Source: Thraustochytrium aureum
Lineage: Eukaryota
Assembly: GCA_012862495.1 (NCBI GenBank)
Contig: BLSG01000130.1
Span: forward strand, 1 to 56,213
Length of the DNA stretch: 56,213 bases
Reading direction: 5' to 3'
Both the position numbers and the translations under genes were made by a program. Shown here piece by piece: positions 1 through 11,060 of the stretch. The notes below the pieces were generated by a model. The model made no database searches and was not told the origin of the DNA. It saw only the letters and a list, made by a program, of their open reading frames with translations. How positions within the stretch are numbered: position 1 is the stretch's first letter; every line of letters begins with the position of its first letter.

Positions 1-124
1 CCGTCAGATTGTGTCGCGGGTTCTCTATTGACTGTACGATATACTGGACAGGGTGGTTTCGCGCGAGACGGACGTGGGGGCGGACAATCGATGTTCCCCA
101 TGCTCGGATCTCGCGGACGCCAGC

Positions 125-207
125 GAAAGAGAACTTGCAGGCTCCGACGAACGAGAACTCGCAGGCTCCGACGAACGAGAACTCGCAGGCTCCGACGAAC
201 GAGAACT
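125..207. repeat. 24-bp tandem repeat, about 3.5 copies (GAACGAGAACTCGCAGGCTCCGAC)
   Basis: Copies start at 125, 149, 173 and 197 (partial). Units abut directly with no spacers. Confidence 0.9.
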
Positions 208-745
208 GGTGATCGGTCTGGGCGGTTGCGCGCAACGCGCATCGCATCGTCGGAGGAAATCCTCGGGGATCGGCGTTGGGCAAGGTCTCCGGGATGGCTC
301 GCAGATTGGGACCATTTCCTTGTGCCTGAGCGCGCTCGTGCAATGCAATGTGCGCGCCTTCAAAATCACCTGGGGTCTCAATTTCGAGATGATCAACCGA
401 CACGACCCCAGGAAGAATGCGCCTGCATGACACACACCGTCGCTCAGCCGTTCAGCAGCACCAGTGGAAAGGGCCTCGGCAGCCCCACGTCGTTGTTCGC
501 GTCCGTTTCCTTGCCGAGGCAAGAAACAGCAGGGAATGTGCCTGCAGCCGCCGAACAGCGGTCAAAGAGCGGCGCCATCTTGGCCGAGCGAAGCGAAAGT
601 CGGCAGATCCCAATCACAGCGCGTCTTTGAGAAAGTCACCAACAACCAAAACGCCCAGCACGAGCCGTCGCGAAATCCCCGTCATAGCCAGACAGAGCTC
701 CTCGGACAGGTCACAAGCCAAAAAGCACCGGAAGGACGCAAGACA

Positions 746-1327
746 ATGCGCATCGAAAAGAGCGTGAAAAAAATGACAAAGGCCCTCACCGACGTGCCGC
801 TTTCCGTCGCGGAGAAGATCCAGCACGCAAAAGGGATCGTGTTCTTTGAAGTGCTCCGCCTTGGCTGCATCGTTACGGTGCGGGGCGGGCACGGCCTCGG
901 GCTACTTCGAAACGATGAGGGCAACTGGTCTGCACCTATGGCGCTAAAGTTGGGCGGCGCTGCGCTTGGCGCGGACATTGGCGTCGAGTCCTCCAAGATT
1001 TTCCTCGCGTTCGCAGATCGCGAAGGCGCGGCCAAATTTATGCAGGGCAACGGCACAGTTGGGCTCAATGGCACGATCGCCGTCGGGGTCGGCGTGGACG
1101 CCGAGGTGCTCACGAGCACCGGGTACCGGCACCCCGTGTACATTTTTGCCAAGTCGAAGGGGCTGTATGGCGGCGTGAGCCTCGAGTTTTCAGGAATCAT
1201 GGTGGACAAACGCGCCAACTATGACCAGTACAACCACCGCGTGACCACCAAGGACCTCAAGACCGGCTCACTGCATGTCCCGCGCTCCTTCGACAAGATG
1301 TACGGCATGCTCCAGCACGTCGCGTAA
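746..1327 (+). CDS. Stand-alone SYLF/Ysc84 (DUF500) lipid/actin-binding domain protein
   Basis: From ATG 746 (MRIEKSVKKM): AKGIVFF..RLG..V..RGGHG....GNWSAP....GGAALGADIGVE and YIFAKSKGLYGGVSLE..IMVDKRANY match the SYLF pattern. Confidence 0.85.
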   Translation: MRIEKSVKKMTKALTDVPLSVAEKIQHAKGIVFFEVLRLGCIVTVRGGHGLGLLRNDEGNWSAPMALKLGGAALGADIGVESSKIFLAFADREGAAKFMQGNGTVGLNGTIAVGVGVDAEVLTSTGYRHPVYIFAKSKGLYGGVSLEFSGIMVDKRANYDQYNHRVTTKDLKTGSLHVPRSFDKMYGMLQHVA

Positions 1328-1920
1328 TTGCGAGACCCCAAGCAGCAGCAACAGCAACGATAAAAAATCAACCAAAAACGAATCGTTTCCCGCTCGTCGG
1401 TCGCTTTCGTGACATGGTTCACATCGCTCGGACGTCTGGGCGCTGGACCGCGCCCACTGGCAGGCAGGCTGACAGCTCATGATCATCATGAGATTGCACC
1501 GAGCTGCGCCGAGTCGGCGAACGCGCGCGGGAGTGGGATCGAATCCTGGCTGCGAACAACAAACAAACGCACCGAGCAGCCATCATGCCATTCAACTCGC
1601 ACCAACCCGATTCAAGAGCGGCCACCAGGGCCCTGGCTGAGAAACTAACATGGCCTCCTGGCCTTGCTCGCCTCTGTCGTTCAAGTACCCCTGCCTCCTT
1701 TATAACAGTTTCAAGAAGGTTTTTATTTTGGTTTAGGTTATGGAATCAGAGGGGGAGGAGGAGGCAAGAGGAGCTGGATCCAAGCATCGAGCTCGCTCCC
1801 TCCACGTAGGACGGATGCCGCGCAGAGCCCAATCCAAGTTCAGGGCGCCAGGACGACGGACGAGCAGCAGCTGCAGCAGAAAGGGAGCAGGAGCGCAGGA
1901 GAACGAGGCGCGCAGGCAAG

Positions 1921-3269
1921 ATGGGCAAAGGCGCTGCGGACGCGACGAAAAAGGGCGAGTCAACCACGCTGGAAAAACTCGTCGCCAACGTGCTCCAGCC
2001 GCTGGCGCTCCCGCTGGTCGAGAAGGGCGTGTTTCCCGACACGCTGCTCCGCGTAGGGATCCGCAAGCTGCTGCAGAGCGTGCTGACCGAGATCGAGTGC
2101 AAAGATGCCTCGGAGCGCGCCGAGCGCATGGACGCCTTCGTGCAGGACCTGAAGACGCGCGCCATCGCCGAGCAAACCGAAAAAGCCAACGAGGAGCACT
2201 ACGAAGTGCCAGCGGAATTTTACNNNNNNNNNNNNNNNNNNNNNNNNNNNNNNNNNNNNNNNNNNNNNNNNNNNNNNNNNNNNNNNNNNNNNNNNNNNNN
2301 NNNNNNNNNNNNNNNNNNNNNNNNNNNNNNNNNNNNNNNNNNNNNNNNNNNNNNNNNNNNNNNNNNNNNNNNNNNNNNCGCATGCTCGGCCCGTACCTCA
2401 AGTACAGCAGTGGGCTCTGGGAGTCGCCCAACTCGACCCTCGAGGAGTCCGAAAAGGCCATGCTCAAGCTATTCTGCGAGCGTGCTGGTCTCGAGGCGCT
2501 CCCGGAGGGCTCGCGCGTGCTCGACCTCGGGTGTGGCTGGGGGTCGCTGACCCTCTACGCCGCGGAAAGGTTCCGCAAGCTGCAGTTCACCTGCGTGTCC
2601 AACAGCAACTCGCAGCGCGAGTTTATCGCCGCTCGCGCCAAGGAGCTCGGCCTCGACAACGTCTCGCCGCGCACGTGCGACATCAACGTGCTCGAGACGC
2701 CCCTCCTGGCCGAGGCGTGCGGCGTCCCGGCCGAGGAGGCCAAAGTCTCTGGGATTTTTGACCGCGTCATGTCGGTCGAGATGTTCGAGCACATGAAAAA
2801 CTACGAGCGCCTGCTCTTCAAGGTGTCGCAATGGCTCAAGCCCGAAGGCAAGCTGATGGTGCACATCTTTAGCGTGGAGCGCGAGCTGCCTTACCACTTT
2901 ACGGATGACGGGTGGATGGGCGCTACCTTCTTCTCCGGCGGAACGATGCCATCGAGCGACCTTTTCCGCTACTTTGGGGACCACCTCACGGTGGACCGGC
3001 ACTGGGCCATCAACGGCACGCACTACAGCCGAACGCTCGAGGCGTGGCTCGTCAAGCTGGACCAGCAAAAGGAGGAGATCCTGTCTATGTTTCGCGACGT
3101 TTATGGTGCTGGCAACGAGGTCAAGCGCTTCAACGAGTGGCGGGTCTTCAACATCGCCTGCAGCGAGCTGTTTCGCTTTGACGGAGGCAACCAGTGGATC
3201 GTGTCGCACTACCTCTTCTCCAAGGCGGGAAGCAAAGGCCCACTGCCGGCTGCTGTCGCCTCCTCGTAA
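1921..3269 (+). CDS. SAM-dependent methyltransferase, coclaurine N-methyltransferase-like / CMAS family (spans gap 2224-2378)
   Basis: ANEEHYEVPAEFY before the gap. After it: LGPYLKYSSGLW, VLDLGCGWGSL (SAM motif I), SNSNSQREFI, FDRVMSVEMFEHMKNY, FFSGGTMPS, HYSRTLEAWL. Confidence 0.9.
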
Positions 3270-3356
3270 GAGAATCCAAATTCCGGTGTCATTTTCTTAC
3301 TTTTTATGCTCCTCGCATCGATGAAGAGGCCGGCGCCCTGCTCATTCTCGCACAGA

Positions 3357-4887
3357 TCAGGAGATGAGGCATGTCGCGGTCGTGTCGCCGCGGGCCTCTG
3401 TCGCCCAGTCTGGCGACGTCTTGGCGTCGTTGGACCAATCGTACGGAAAGTGCCGCACGCGAAAGCTTTTGCGCGCAAGCAACTCATCGAGCTTGTCCTT
3501 CTTTTCCCCACGGAGCCACTCCCGCAGCAGCACGGCGACCGCGACCTTGTCGGCGCCGAAATCGCCGCGGTACCAGGAGAGGATTTTGGTGAGCCAAAGC
3601 TCGCCCTTGTCCACATCAATGCGGCAGTTGGCGTCGTCCTCCATGAAAGCCATTGCCACGACGCGGAGCTCCTCGTCCACAGCCTCGGGCGAGAACTTTT
3701 TCACGGGCGGGCAAGAGCGCGCCCCGCAGTTGAGCGCAAAGTGGATTCGGGGGTCCACCTCGGGCATCGCCACCTTGGCGCGCGGATCGCTTGGTCCAAA
3801 CACGCGGCTGAAGTGGTAGGGCGGGATCTTGTTTCCGCGCAAAACGCCGTTCTCAAGTTCGTTGAGTGAAAACCGGTGGCCGCCAACCACGTAGGCCACG
3901 GCGTCAAAGAAGCTTCGCCGCTGGAGGTTGCTGCGTGGCGCGCCCACCTTGGAAAATGCGTGGAGAACCATGAGGTTGTACAGGTTGATCGCGAATGCAA
4001 GGCGCGCGTTCAGGTCCATCGCTCCCATGTCGATCTTTTGGATCTCACACGTCATTTCTTCAAACGCGGGGAACGCAGCGTCTTTGGAGACGCCAAGGTA
4101 GTCGACAAGGCCCTCGTCGTCGCGATAGGCTTGCAAGATATCGCCCAGCTTGGCCTTGCAGTTGTTGACGACAATCAACGGCGGGTCCACGCGGTCGGTC
4201 CACGCGCGGTACGTGTTGAGAACAACCGGTTCGGCGTGCTTGTTGAGACGGTAGAACAGCTTGCTGTCCTCCAGCTGGTGCTCGCCCACCACGTGAGCAA
4301 ACACGCCGCTGTCGAGCAGGGACTGGCCCACCTGCAGGGCCTCAGCCCGGTTTTGGATCTTGTTCTTCCCGACCAAAAGGTCGACGAGGTCCCTGCCAAG
4401 AAAGCACTTTCGATACCTTTTGAGGTTGTGCGTGCGGTCCTCGATGGCGAGCTCGCTCTCCAGCATCTCGACCACATCCGTGTAGGTCATGCAGGCATCC
4501 CCAACGCAAAGCGACTCTTCGGAGCGCTCCGACGCCTGCGGCTGAGGCTTTGGCGGATAGTCCGGGGGGTTCAGCTCGGCTGGGAGCGGGCCCAGCGTGC
4601 CTTTCTCGGCGGCGATGATGTTGGCCTGGATAAGCCTTTCCGCTGCCCCGCTGTCCACCAGCGCCTTGAACTCGGAAGCGCCTCCGATGTGCCTGTCGTG
4701 CACAAAGATCTGCGGCACGGTCAGCCGGTCAGCGGCTTTCAGCATGTCGCTGCGCTTCTCGGGGTAGTCGCTCAGGCTGATTTCCGTGTACGCCCACCCC
4801 TTGTCCTCCATCAGCGCCTTGGCGCGCTTGCAGTGCGGGCACGTCTTGAGCGAGAAGACGGGTCAGGGGAGCGTTTGCGGCCGACAT
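3357..4887 (-). CDS. Glutaredoxin + DEP + DUF547 domain protein (1-nt indel near 4860)
   Basis: Removing one extra C near 4860 gives MSAANAPLTVFSLKTCPHCKRAKALM (CPHC). Also TVPQIF..IGG (Grx), YRKCFLGRDLVDLL..FAHV..LEDSKLFYR (DEP), and LAFAINLYN..SLNELENGVLRGN..DPRIHFALNCGARSCP (DUF547). Confidence 0.9.
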
Positions 4888-5660
4888 CTTGTCCGAGCTC
4901 GCTCGCTCGCTCGCGTCCGTCTCTGCCCCGTTGCTTCCCTTGCCAGAGTGAATGGAATGCAAAGCAGCTCTCGTGTCGCGCGCCTGCCTTTCTCGCGAGG
5001 CCAAGTCGCGTCGCGTTGCGTGTCTGCCCTGCCTGCTGTCAGACACCCTGCCGCGCTCCGCATGCAGCACAAAGCAGGCAAAGGATACGAGCAGCCAGCC
5101 TATGCGCCGAAGGATTGCAGTAGGCCTACGGACAATCGTGTTCTCGCCGAAAAGGCTCACTCGCTTCAAGTTGTGACCTCATCTGGACGGGATCTGCACC
5201 ACCTGTCGACCTCGAGGACCTGGCCAAGCCATCCCCTCAACTCAAGACAAGCTGGCGGACTCGGGTCGATCTGTAGCGGGGCGATCGGGTGCAGCCGCGG
5301 CCGGCGCCACGCGTCGAGCCCGGGAGGCCGGCGGGGTGCGGCTCCACGGGGTTATCAACGGCACGCCGCCGCAGGTACCCGTGGGCGGGAAATCCACGAC
5401 ACGCCGAGTACTCTACGCCGAGTACTGACATCCACGACGCCTGCACAAGTCAGGGATGCAGAACCACGTTGTACGCAAAAGAATCGCTTGGATGAGCGGC
5501 GCAGCTGCCGGGCCGCGCGGGCCGGCACGCAGGCGTTAAATTATGTAGTTGGAAGGAGCCTCCGCCGGGGAGATTGGTGTACGTAGTCAGATGAGACCCG
5601 CTCGGAAGCGTCGGCGCCGGCGTTGCCGCATCGGGTCACGTCGAGGACAGCCGACTCGGG

Positions 5661-8306
5661 TCAGGCGGAGCCAAACTTGGGGTTGCCACTGACAACGCCA
5701 TGCTCGCTGAAGACTGCCGCCGACGCGGCCGCTTGGCTCTGGCGACGCTTGTATAGAAACATGCCGGTCGCGAGGGCCGAAAAGGCCACCGCGCCAGAGA
5801 TGCCGCCCGCGATTGCGGCCGTTGCCGTCGAAGTGGAAGAAGCCGCGGCGCTGCTTGGCCCGTTCGACTGCACGCCGTTGAGGGCGCCCACGTCCGCGTT
5901 CACGAGGCAGCGCAAGTGCGACAGCTGCGCCTGGAGCCTGCGGCGGCGCGACTCGTCGCAGGGCGACTTTGGCGAGCTAGTCGGCGGGCTCACCGGCAAA
6001 GGCGTGGGCGAACGAGTGGGCACGTCCACGGGCGAGGCGACCGGAGATCGCGTGGGCGCATCCACGGGCGAGGCGACCGGCGAGCGAGTGGGCACGTCGA
6101 CCGGCGAGGCGACCGGAGATCGCGTGGGCACATCCACGGGCGAGGCCACCGGAGATCGCGTGGGAGGGGCGACCGGCGACCCGTTGATCGGGGAAGGCGT
6201 CGGGCTGAGCGTCGGCGGCGGCGTGGGCTCGCTGAAATCGACAAAGTCCTCGCGCACATAGATGGCGACCTCGTACGGCCCAAGGCGCTTGTTGGTGTTG
6301 AGGTAAAACTGGTCCCCACCGCCCGAGACAGTGCCAACGTCGTTCCGGTCCATGAGGTTGCGCCAGCGGTTCGTCGGCGCACCTCGCGCAATCGACGGCT
6401 CGGCGTAGAGGCCGGGGATGCTGATGGTCCCGCCGCGCGAGTTGACCGCGACGAGAATCTCTTGGCCAAAGTAGATGCGCGAAAACGAGATGAGCCCCTC
6501 GTCGTTGGTGGCCCGAAAGTACTGGTACCCGCGGCGCAGCGCCGGGCACGAGTTGCGGATGTCGGTCAGGGCCTTGACGCGCAACGTGATGTCGTTGTCG
6601 ACAAGGAAGGGGTCGTTCATCCAGTTGTTCGGGTTGGCGCCGCGCGGCTCGTGGATGCCGACGAGGCCAGCGGCGCGAGACGAATCGGCCATGCCCAGCC
6701 CGTAGCCGCCGTTCACCCACATGGTCTGGCGGTAGAGCGCGTCCGGGTCGCCGTTGGTCTCAAAAGGAAAGACCCCCACCGAACTGTCCCCAGAGCAGTG
6801 GCGCTGGATCCGGTCCGTCGCGGTCGGCGTGCCCAGGTCCATGGAGGACCACCAGCAGTCGCCGTTGAAGCCGTGCTCAGAGCCGTAGTAGATGACAGGG
6901 ATCCCCCGCGCCGTGAAGGTGTACGAGTAGGCGGCGAGCGAGACGCCCTGGTTGCCACGCACCGCGCTGCCAGCGAGCAGCCGCTTCCAGTCGTGCTGGT
7001 CGACCAAGTTCCAGAACATGCCGTCGTCCGAGTTGCTAAGCATCTGCCCCCGCGTGCCGTCACCGAGGACGTTGGGAAGCGCGCTGGGGCTACTCTCCCC
7101 GCGGGAGACGCCGCGAGCGGTGCCGCCGTGCGCAAAGTCGTACACGGCCGTGAAGCCAGGGTACTTTTGCTTAGGGTGCGTGCTCCAGAGCGGGCGCGTC
7201 TCCTCGATGACTTGGCGCGTGCGTGCAGTGAGCGTGTTGGTCTGCATTGTGCCGACTTGGCGAATTTGCCACTCGGGCCCAGCCACCAGCTCGCCGATGA
7301 TGTAAAAGTTGTCTTTGCCCAGCTTGTTGGCGTAGTCGCGCACGTGGGCGCTAAAGTAGGGCACCATCGAGTCGGAGACGTGCTTTGTAGCGTCGAGGCG
7401 GAACCCGTCGACGTCGGCGGCGGCGATCCAGTACTTTGCCATCTCGGCCAGCAGGATGTGAACTTGGGAGTGCGCCGTCTGCAGGTCCCACATCCACGAC
7501 ACAAAGTCAGAGTACTTGGCGCCGCCGAGGTCCTCGGTCAGGCCCTTCCCGCATCGGCTAAAGTACTCGTTGCGCTTGAGCGGCGGGAAGAAGTCCGCGG
7601 AGAAGAAGAGGCTGCCGCGGCCCGGGATGTTGCTTTCGTCGCGATTGTTCTCCACGGCGTTGAACAGCTCGGTGGCGCACGTCGCGTGGTTGTTGCCCTC
7701 CGGATAGTACCCGTTGGCGTAGCCCGACTTGATGTCGCACACGTGGTTGACCACAAAGTCCATGATCACGTACATCCCGCGGCGGTGCGCCTCCTTGACC
7801 AGCGTCTGCAACTCCTCGAGGGTCCCAAACGCGGGGTCGATCTGCAGGTGATTGCTCACGCAGTACCCGTGGAACTGGCCCTCGCTGTTGTACAAGAAGC
7901 TGGTGATGAAGACGGTGTCCGTGCCCAGCGACTTGATGTAGTCGAGGCGCTTGCGGATGCCCGCCAGGTCGCCGCCGTGGTGGTACAGGTGCACGTTCTC
8001 GTAGCTCTTGCGAGCCAGCTCGTCGCGCTGGAACTGCTCGAGGTTGAGCTCGTCGTTGCTGGCGTCCCCGTTGTTGAACCGGTCGATGAAAATCTGGTAC
8101 ATCGGATGGTCGCCCCAGTACTCGGGGCTTGGCATGCGTGGCCCGTCCCACTGCGTCTCGCCGAAGGGGGCTAGGGAAGCTGCCCATTCGCGGACCACCT
8201 GCTCGCTCACAACCGACGCATCGGGCATGTCGGTCAGCGGGTTGGCGTGCACAATGACGCTCGCCGCGGCCGAGGCCACCGCCGCGGCGGCGACCGCGCG
8301 AACCAT
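5661..8306 (-). CDS. Secreted, membrane-anchored GH13 alpha-amylase-family glycoside hydrolase
   Basis: Signal-peptide-like start MVRAVAAAAVASAAASVIVHA at ATG 8306. GH13 regions: DFVVNH, GFRLDATKH (nucleophile D), GELV (acid/base E), LVDQHD. Pro/Thr stalk, then TM-like AAIAGGISGAVAFSALATGMFLY followed by KRR. Confidence 0.9.
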   Translation of the reverse strand: MVRAVAAAAVASAAASVIVHANPLTDMPDASVVSEQVVREWAASLAPFGETQWDGPRMPSPEYWGDHPMYQIFIDRFNNGDASNDELNLEQFQRDELARKSYENVHLYHHGGDLAGIRKRLDYIKSLGTDTVFITSFLYNSEGQFHGYCVSNHLQIDPAFGTLEELQTLVKEAHRRGMYVIMDFVVNHVCDIKSGYANGYYPEGNNHATCATELFNAVENNRDESNIPGRGSLFFSADFFPPLKRNEYFSRCGKGLTEDLGGAKYSDFVSWMWDLQTAHSQVHILLAEMAKYWIAAADVDGFRLDATKHVSDSMVPYFSAHVRDYANKLGKDNFYIIGELVAGPEWQIRQVGTMQTNTLTARTRQVIEETRPLWSTHPKQKYPGFTAVYDFAHGGTARGVSRGESSPSALPNVLGDGTRGQMLSNSDDGMFWNLVDQHDWKRLLAGSAVRGNQGVSLAAYSYTFTARGIPVIYYGSEHGFNGDCWWSSMDLGTPTATDRIQRHCSGDSSVGVFPFETNGDPDALYRQTMWVNGGYGLGMADSSRAAGLVGIHEPRGANPNNWMNDPFLVDNDITLRVKALTDIRNSCPALRRGYQYFRATNDEGLISFSRIYFGQEILVAVNSRGGTISIPGLYAEPSIARGAPTNRWRNLMDRNDVGTVSGGGDQFYLNTNKRLGPYEVAIYVREDFVDFSEPTPPPTLSPTPSPINGSPVAPPTRSPVASPVDVPTRSPVASPVDVPTRSPVASPVDAPTRSPVASPVDVPTRSPTPLPVSPPTSSPKSPCDESRRRRLQAQLSHLRCLVNADVGALNGVQSNGPSSAAASSTSTATAAIAGGISGAVAFSALATGMFLYKRRQSQAAASAAVFSEHGVVSGNPKFGSA
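6004..6165 (-). repeat. 36-bp coding tandem repeat (PTRSPVASPVD[V/A] x4 plus partial), mucin-like stalk
   Basis: Visible in both DNA and protein between the catalytic domain and the TM helix. Confidence 0.9.
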
Positions 8307-9914
8307 TTTCCGTGCCGGAGGTTGGCCCTGTCTCAGGTGCGCGAGTCGCTTGCTTTTGTGGTTGGCTGGATGTGTGGTTGACTGCTTGTCGCCTTGGTCC
8401 GTCTCGTTCGGGGTCTGCTTGGCACTCGGGACAGCTGGCGCTCGAACTGCGCGCCGCTTGATCTCGACTGCTTGATCTGGAGGTCTCCCCGCACACCATG
8501 CAAAGCCAGCCAGGGAGGAAACGCGTTGGCGGCGCGCAAGCGGCGCCAGCTTCTGCGCAAGGGATTGTCGCTCGCTTGCCCCCTCCGCATCACAAAAAAA
8601 CAAAAATACTTTATCCATCTTGGCGCCACGAAGCGCTTACCTCCCGCCCGCGCACTGCAAAGAGGATCCGGCAAGCCCAGAGGATCCCCGTCCAGCTCAA
8701 GATGCGCTTGCCGTTCGTGTTCTCGCTTGCGTGCCGAGCAAGCGCAAGCAAAGCCAAGCTCGGCACACCGGCAGAGCTTCGCAGGGACTGCACTTTCCGC
8801 GGCTCCAACGGCGGTCAATCAGAGCTGCGCTGCGCGCCCGCCCTTCTGGCCATTGGTGGGACGCGCCGACGTCAGACACACTGCACGCGACGTCGCGCGG
8901 CCATCCGCCTGCCGCCGCATCGGCGTCCTGCCACGTGAGTTCCGATCGCCGCGACAGCAAGTATGTCCTTGCGTCGGTCGAGGAGGACCAGCTCAGTTTG
9001 TTGGCAAGAGAGTTGTGCTGGATCCGCCGCCGCGGCGGCAGCGGCTGTGGGCAGCCAGCCAGCCCGCTCGACGTGAACGTGACGATCAGAATGGCGTGGG
9101 CGTATCCTGGCGCTTGGGGATCACGACAGAAAACGGCGGGAAACGCCGGCGGCATCCCGACGGAAAAAAACACGCCTCGCAGCCGCGGCTCGGCGCGTGA
9201 GTGGCCTGTAGGTACTTTCAAGTTGCGCCGCTCACTGGCAGCTCGCCCTCACCATCGCCTCGAAAGGCAGGCGCTCGGACTGCTGGCGTACTTTACGCTG
9301 GGCGAGCTTGGTCACGGAAGGCGGCAAGGAGCTGCGCGCTGCGGATGCACGGCGTGAATGAGAGAGAGCCATCCATCCGCCTCGCTCTCGAACCGGTTCG
9401 AGGCCGGTCGCGCTCGCCAGCCAGGCGCTTCGATCCTCGTGGGCGCGCGATTGGCGCACCGGCCGAGTTGGCTGCAGACGAAAACAGACATGTTCCCTGC
9501 AGGTGTGCGAGGGGATCGCGCGCTGTTATCGACACCGCGCTGCTTCGGAAATGGCTCGTGGCGCGCTGTCGCGTATTGGCGCGCGAGCGGCGCTGTGGCG
9601 GGTTTGTTTCGTGGCGATGTCGCAGCTGGGAAGCTCCACGACGTCGTTGGCGCCCTGAGCCACGCAAGCGGACGCGCAGAGACACCACTGTTCTTCTTGA
9701 TGAGGTACTCTACTTCCCTCCTCCCCTGCTCTGCGAAAGTACTCTGGGTACCTTCCAAGAGCCGCAGCACGTGGCTCCCTCCGGGTAGCAGCGCGTGTCC
9801 CTCCATCCTGCGACGTTGGACGAACGCAGAGCAAGTATGTGTACTAGCTCTAGAGGCAGCCACCCCACTGGCAGGCGCCCGACATACTCTGCGCTGCTGC
9901 TGAGCACTGGCAGG

Positions 9915-9953
9915 ATCCATCCATGCAGATGTCCATCCATCCATCCATCCATC
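9915..9953. repeat. Interrupted (CCAT)n microsatellite
   Basis: ccatccat...ccatccatccatccatccatcc. Confidence 0.8.
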
Positions 9954-11060
9954 CCGGTCATCGTTGCCGGGAATTGTGGTCGGGCAGCCCGCCCGCCTCG
10001 TGGTGTTCTGGATCGCCACCGGCGTGCAAGGGAATCAAAGTCCAACCGGGCAAGCCCAACTTGAACGCTGGTGCTGCCGGCCTGGATTCTGCAGCTCAAG
10101 GGACGGCCGGACGAGAAGGATCCCGTGTGCTGCAGCGAGCTTGCTGCCTCCAGCAGCGTTGGAGGAGGAACAGAGTCCGGCCGAGGGCTCGTTGCTGGTG
10201 TGCGAGCGACGCCGTGCAGGGGAAAACCTACGTCTTCAGCTCTCTCTCCACCGCTGCAGCACGAAGACGATTGATGCGCGTCGCGGCTTGGACGACGCGC
10301 TTGTTGTGTCCCACGACGCAAGAGCGCGCAATTGGCGCCGACCATTCTCGCATTGAGCGAGGGCTTGGTCGACGTCACCGCGCTGGCGTACGGGGAGCTC
10401 TGGCCTGGCCCTTTCGCCCCTGACGAGGCGCCGAGCGAGCGAGCGAGACGTAGGACGAGCGAGAAAGCAGGTAGGTTGAGTGAGCAGCAGCCACCAACGC
10501 TGTAGGCCAACGCGCAGTATAGTCGAGGGGGCTGCAGTGTGGAAACAAGGACTGCGCCTCCTCCGAAGCGCCGGCAGCCCTGGCCGCCCCTTTCGTCGCG
10601 CATAGCTCCTGACTTGCTCCGTGTTTGCTCGTCCGGTGGGTCTCTGCGCGACCCGTGCCTCCAGCCGGCGAGCACAAAGCACAGGCGGAGGCCAACCGCA
10701 CCGTCGAGGCAGTTCCGAAGGCGCCATTGTCGGCAGTCCCACGGCGGTGGCACTGTCAGCCATCCGGCGGCGGCGGCAAATCCGCCTCAGACGTAGCTTG
10801 CCAGGCACCCAGACAGCATCCGTACTAGTCGGTGGTTGGCCCGCCAAGGTCTGGACCAACATAAAGGTGAGACAGCAGCTTGACACGAAACTCCAGCAGC
10901 GCTCCTCGCGAGCAACGCCGCGTGGCGTATCCTATCCGTCCAGACGACCAAGCGCCCGTGCGACAGCAGACCCGCAACGCAAACCAGAAACAAGCAACCT
11001 CAAGCTCACCGAGCGCAAAGACAAAAGACAAGAAAACCCCACACACCAACACCAGCAACA

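Noticed and set aside
125..207. 24-bp repeats as a CRISPR array
   Set aside because: No unique spacers, eukaryotic context and no cas genes. Whether the repeat is coding (SDERELAG) cannot be determined.
8307..11060. Numerous 60-350 aa ORFs in the amylase-transporter spacer, and antisense ORFs over large genes
   Set aside because: Arg/Ala/Pro-rich with no domain signatures; expected by chance at high GC.
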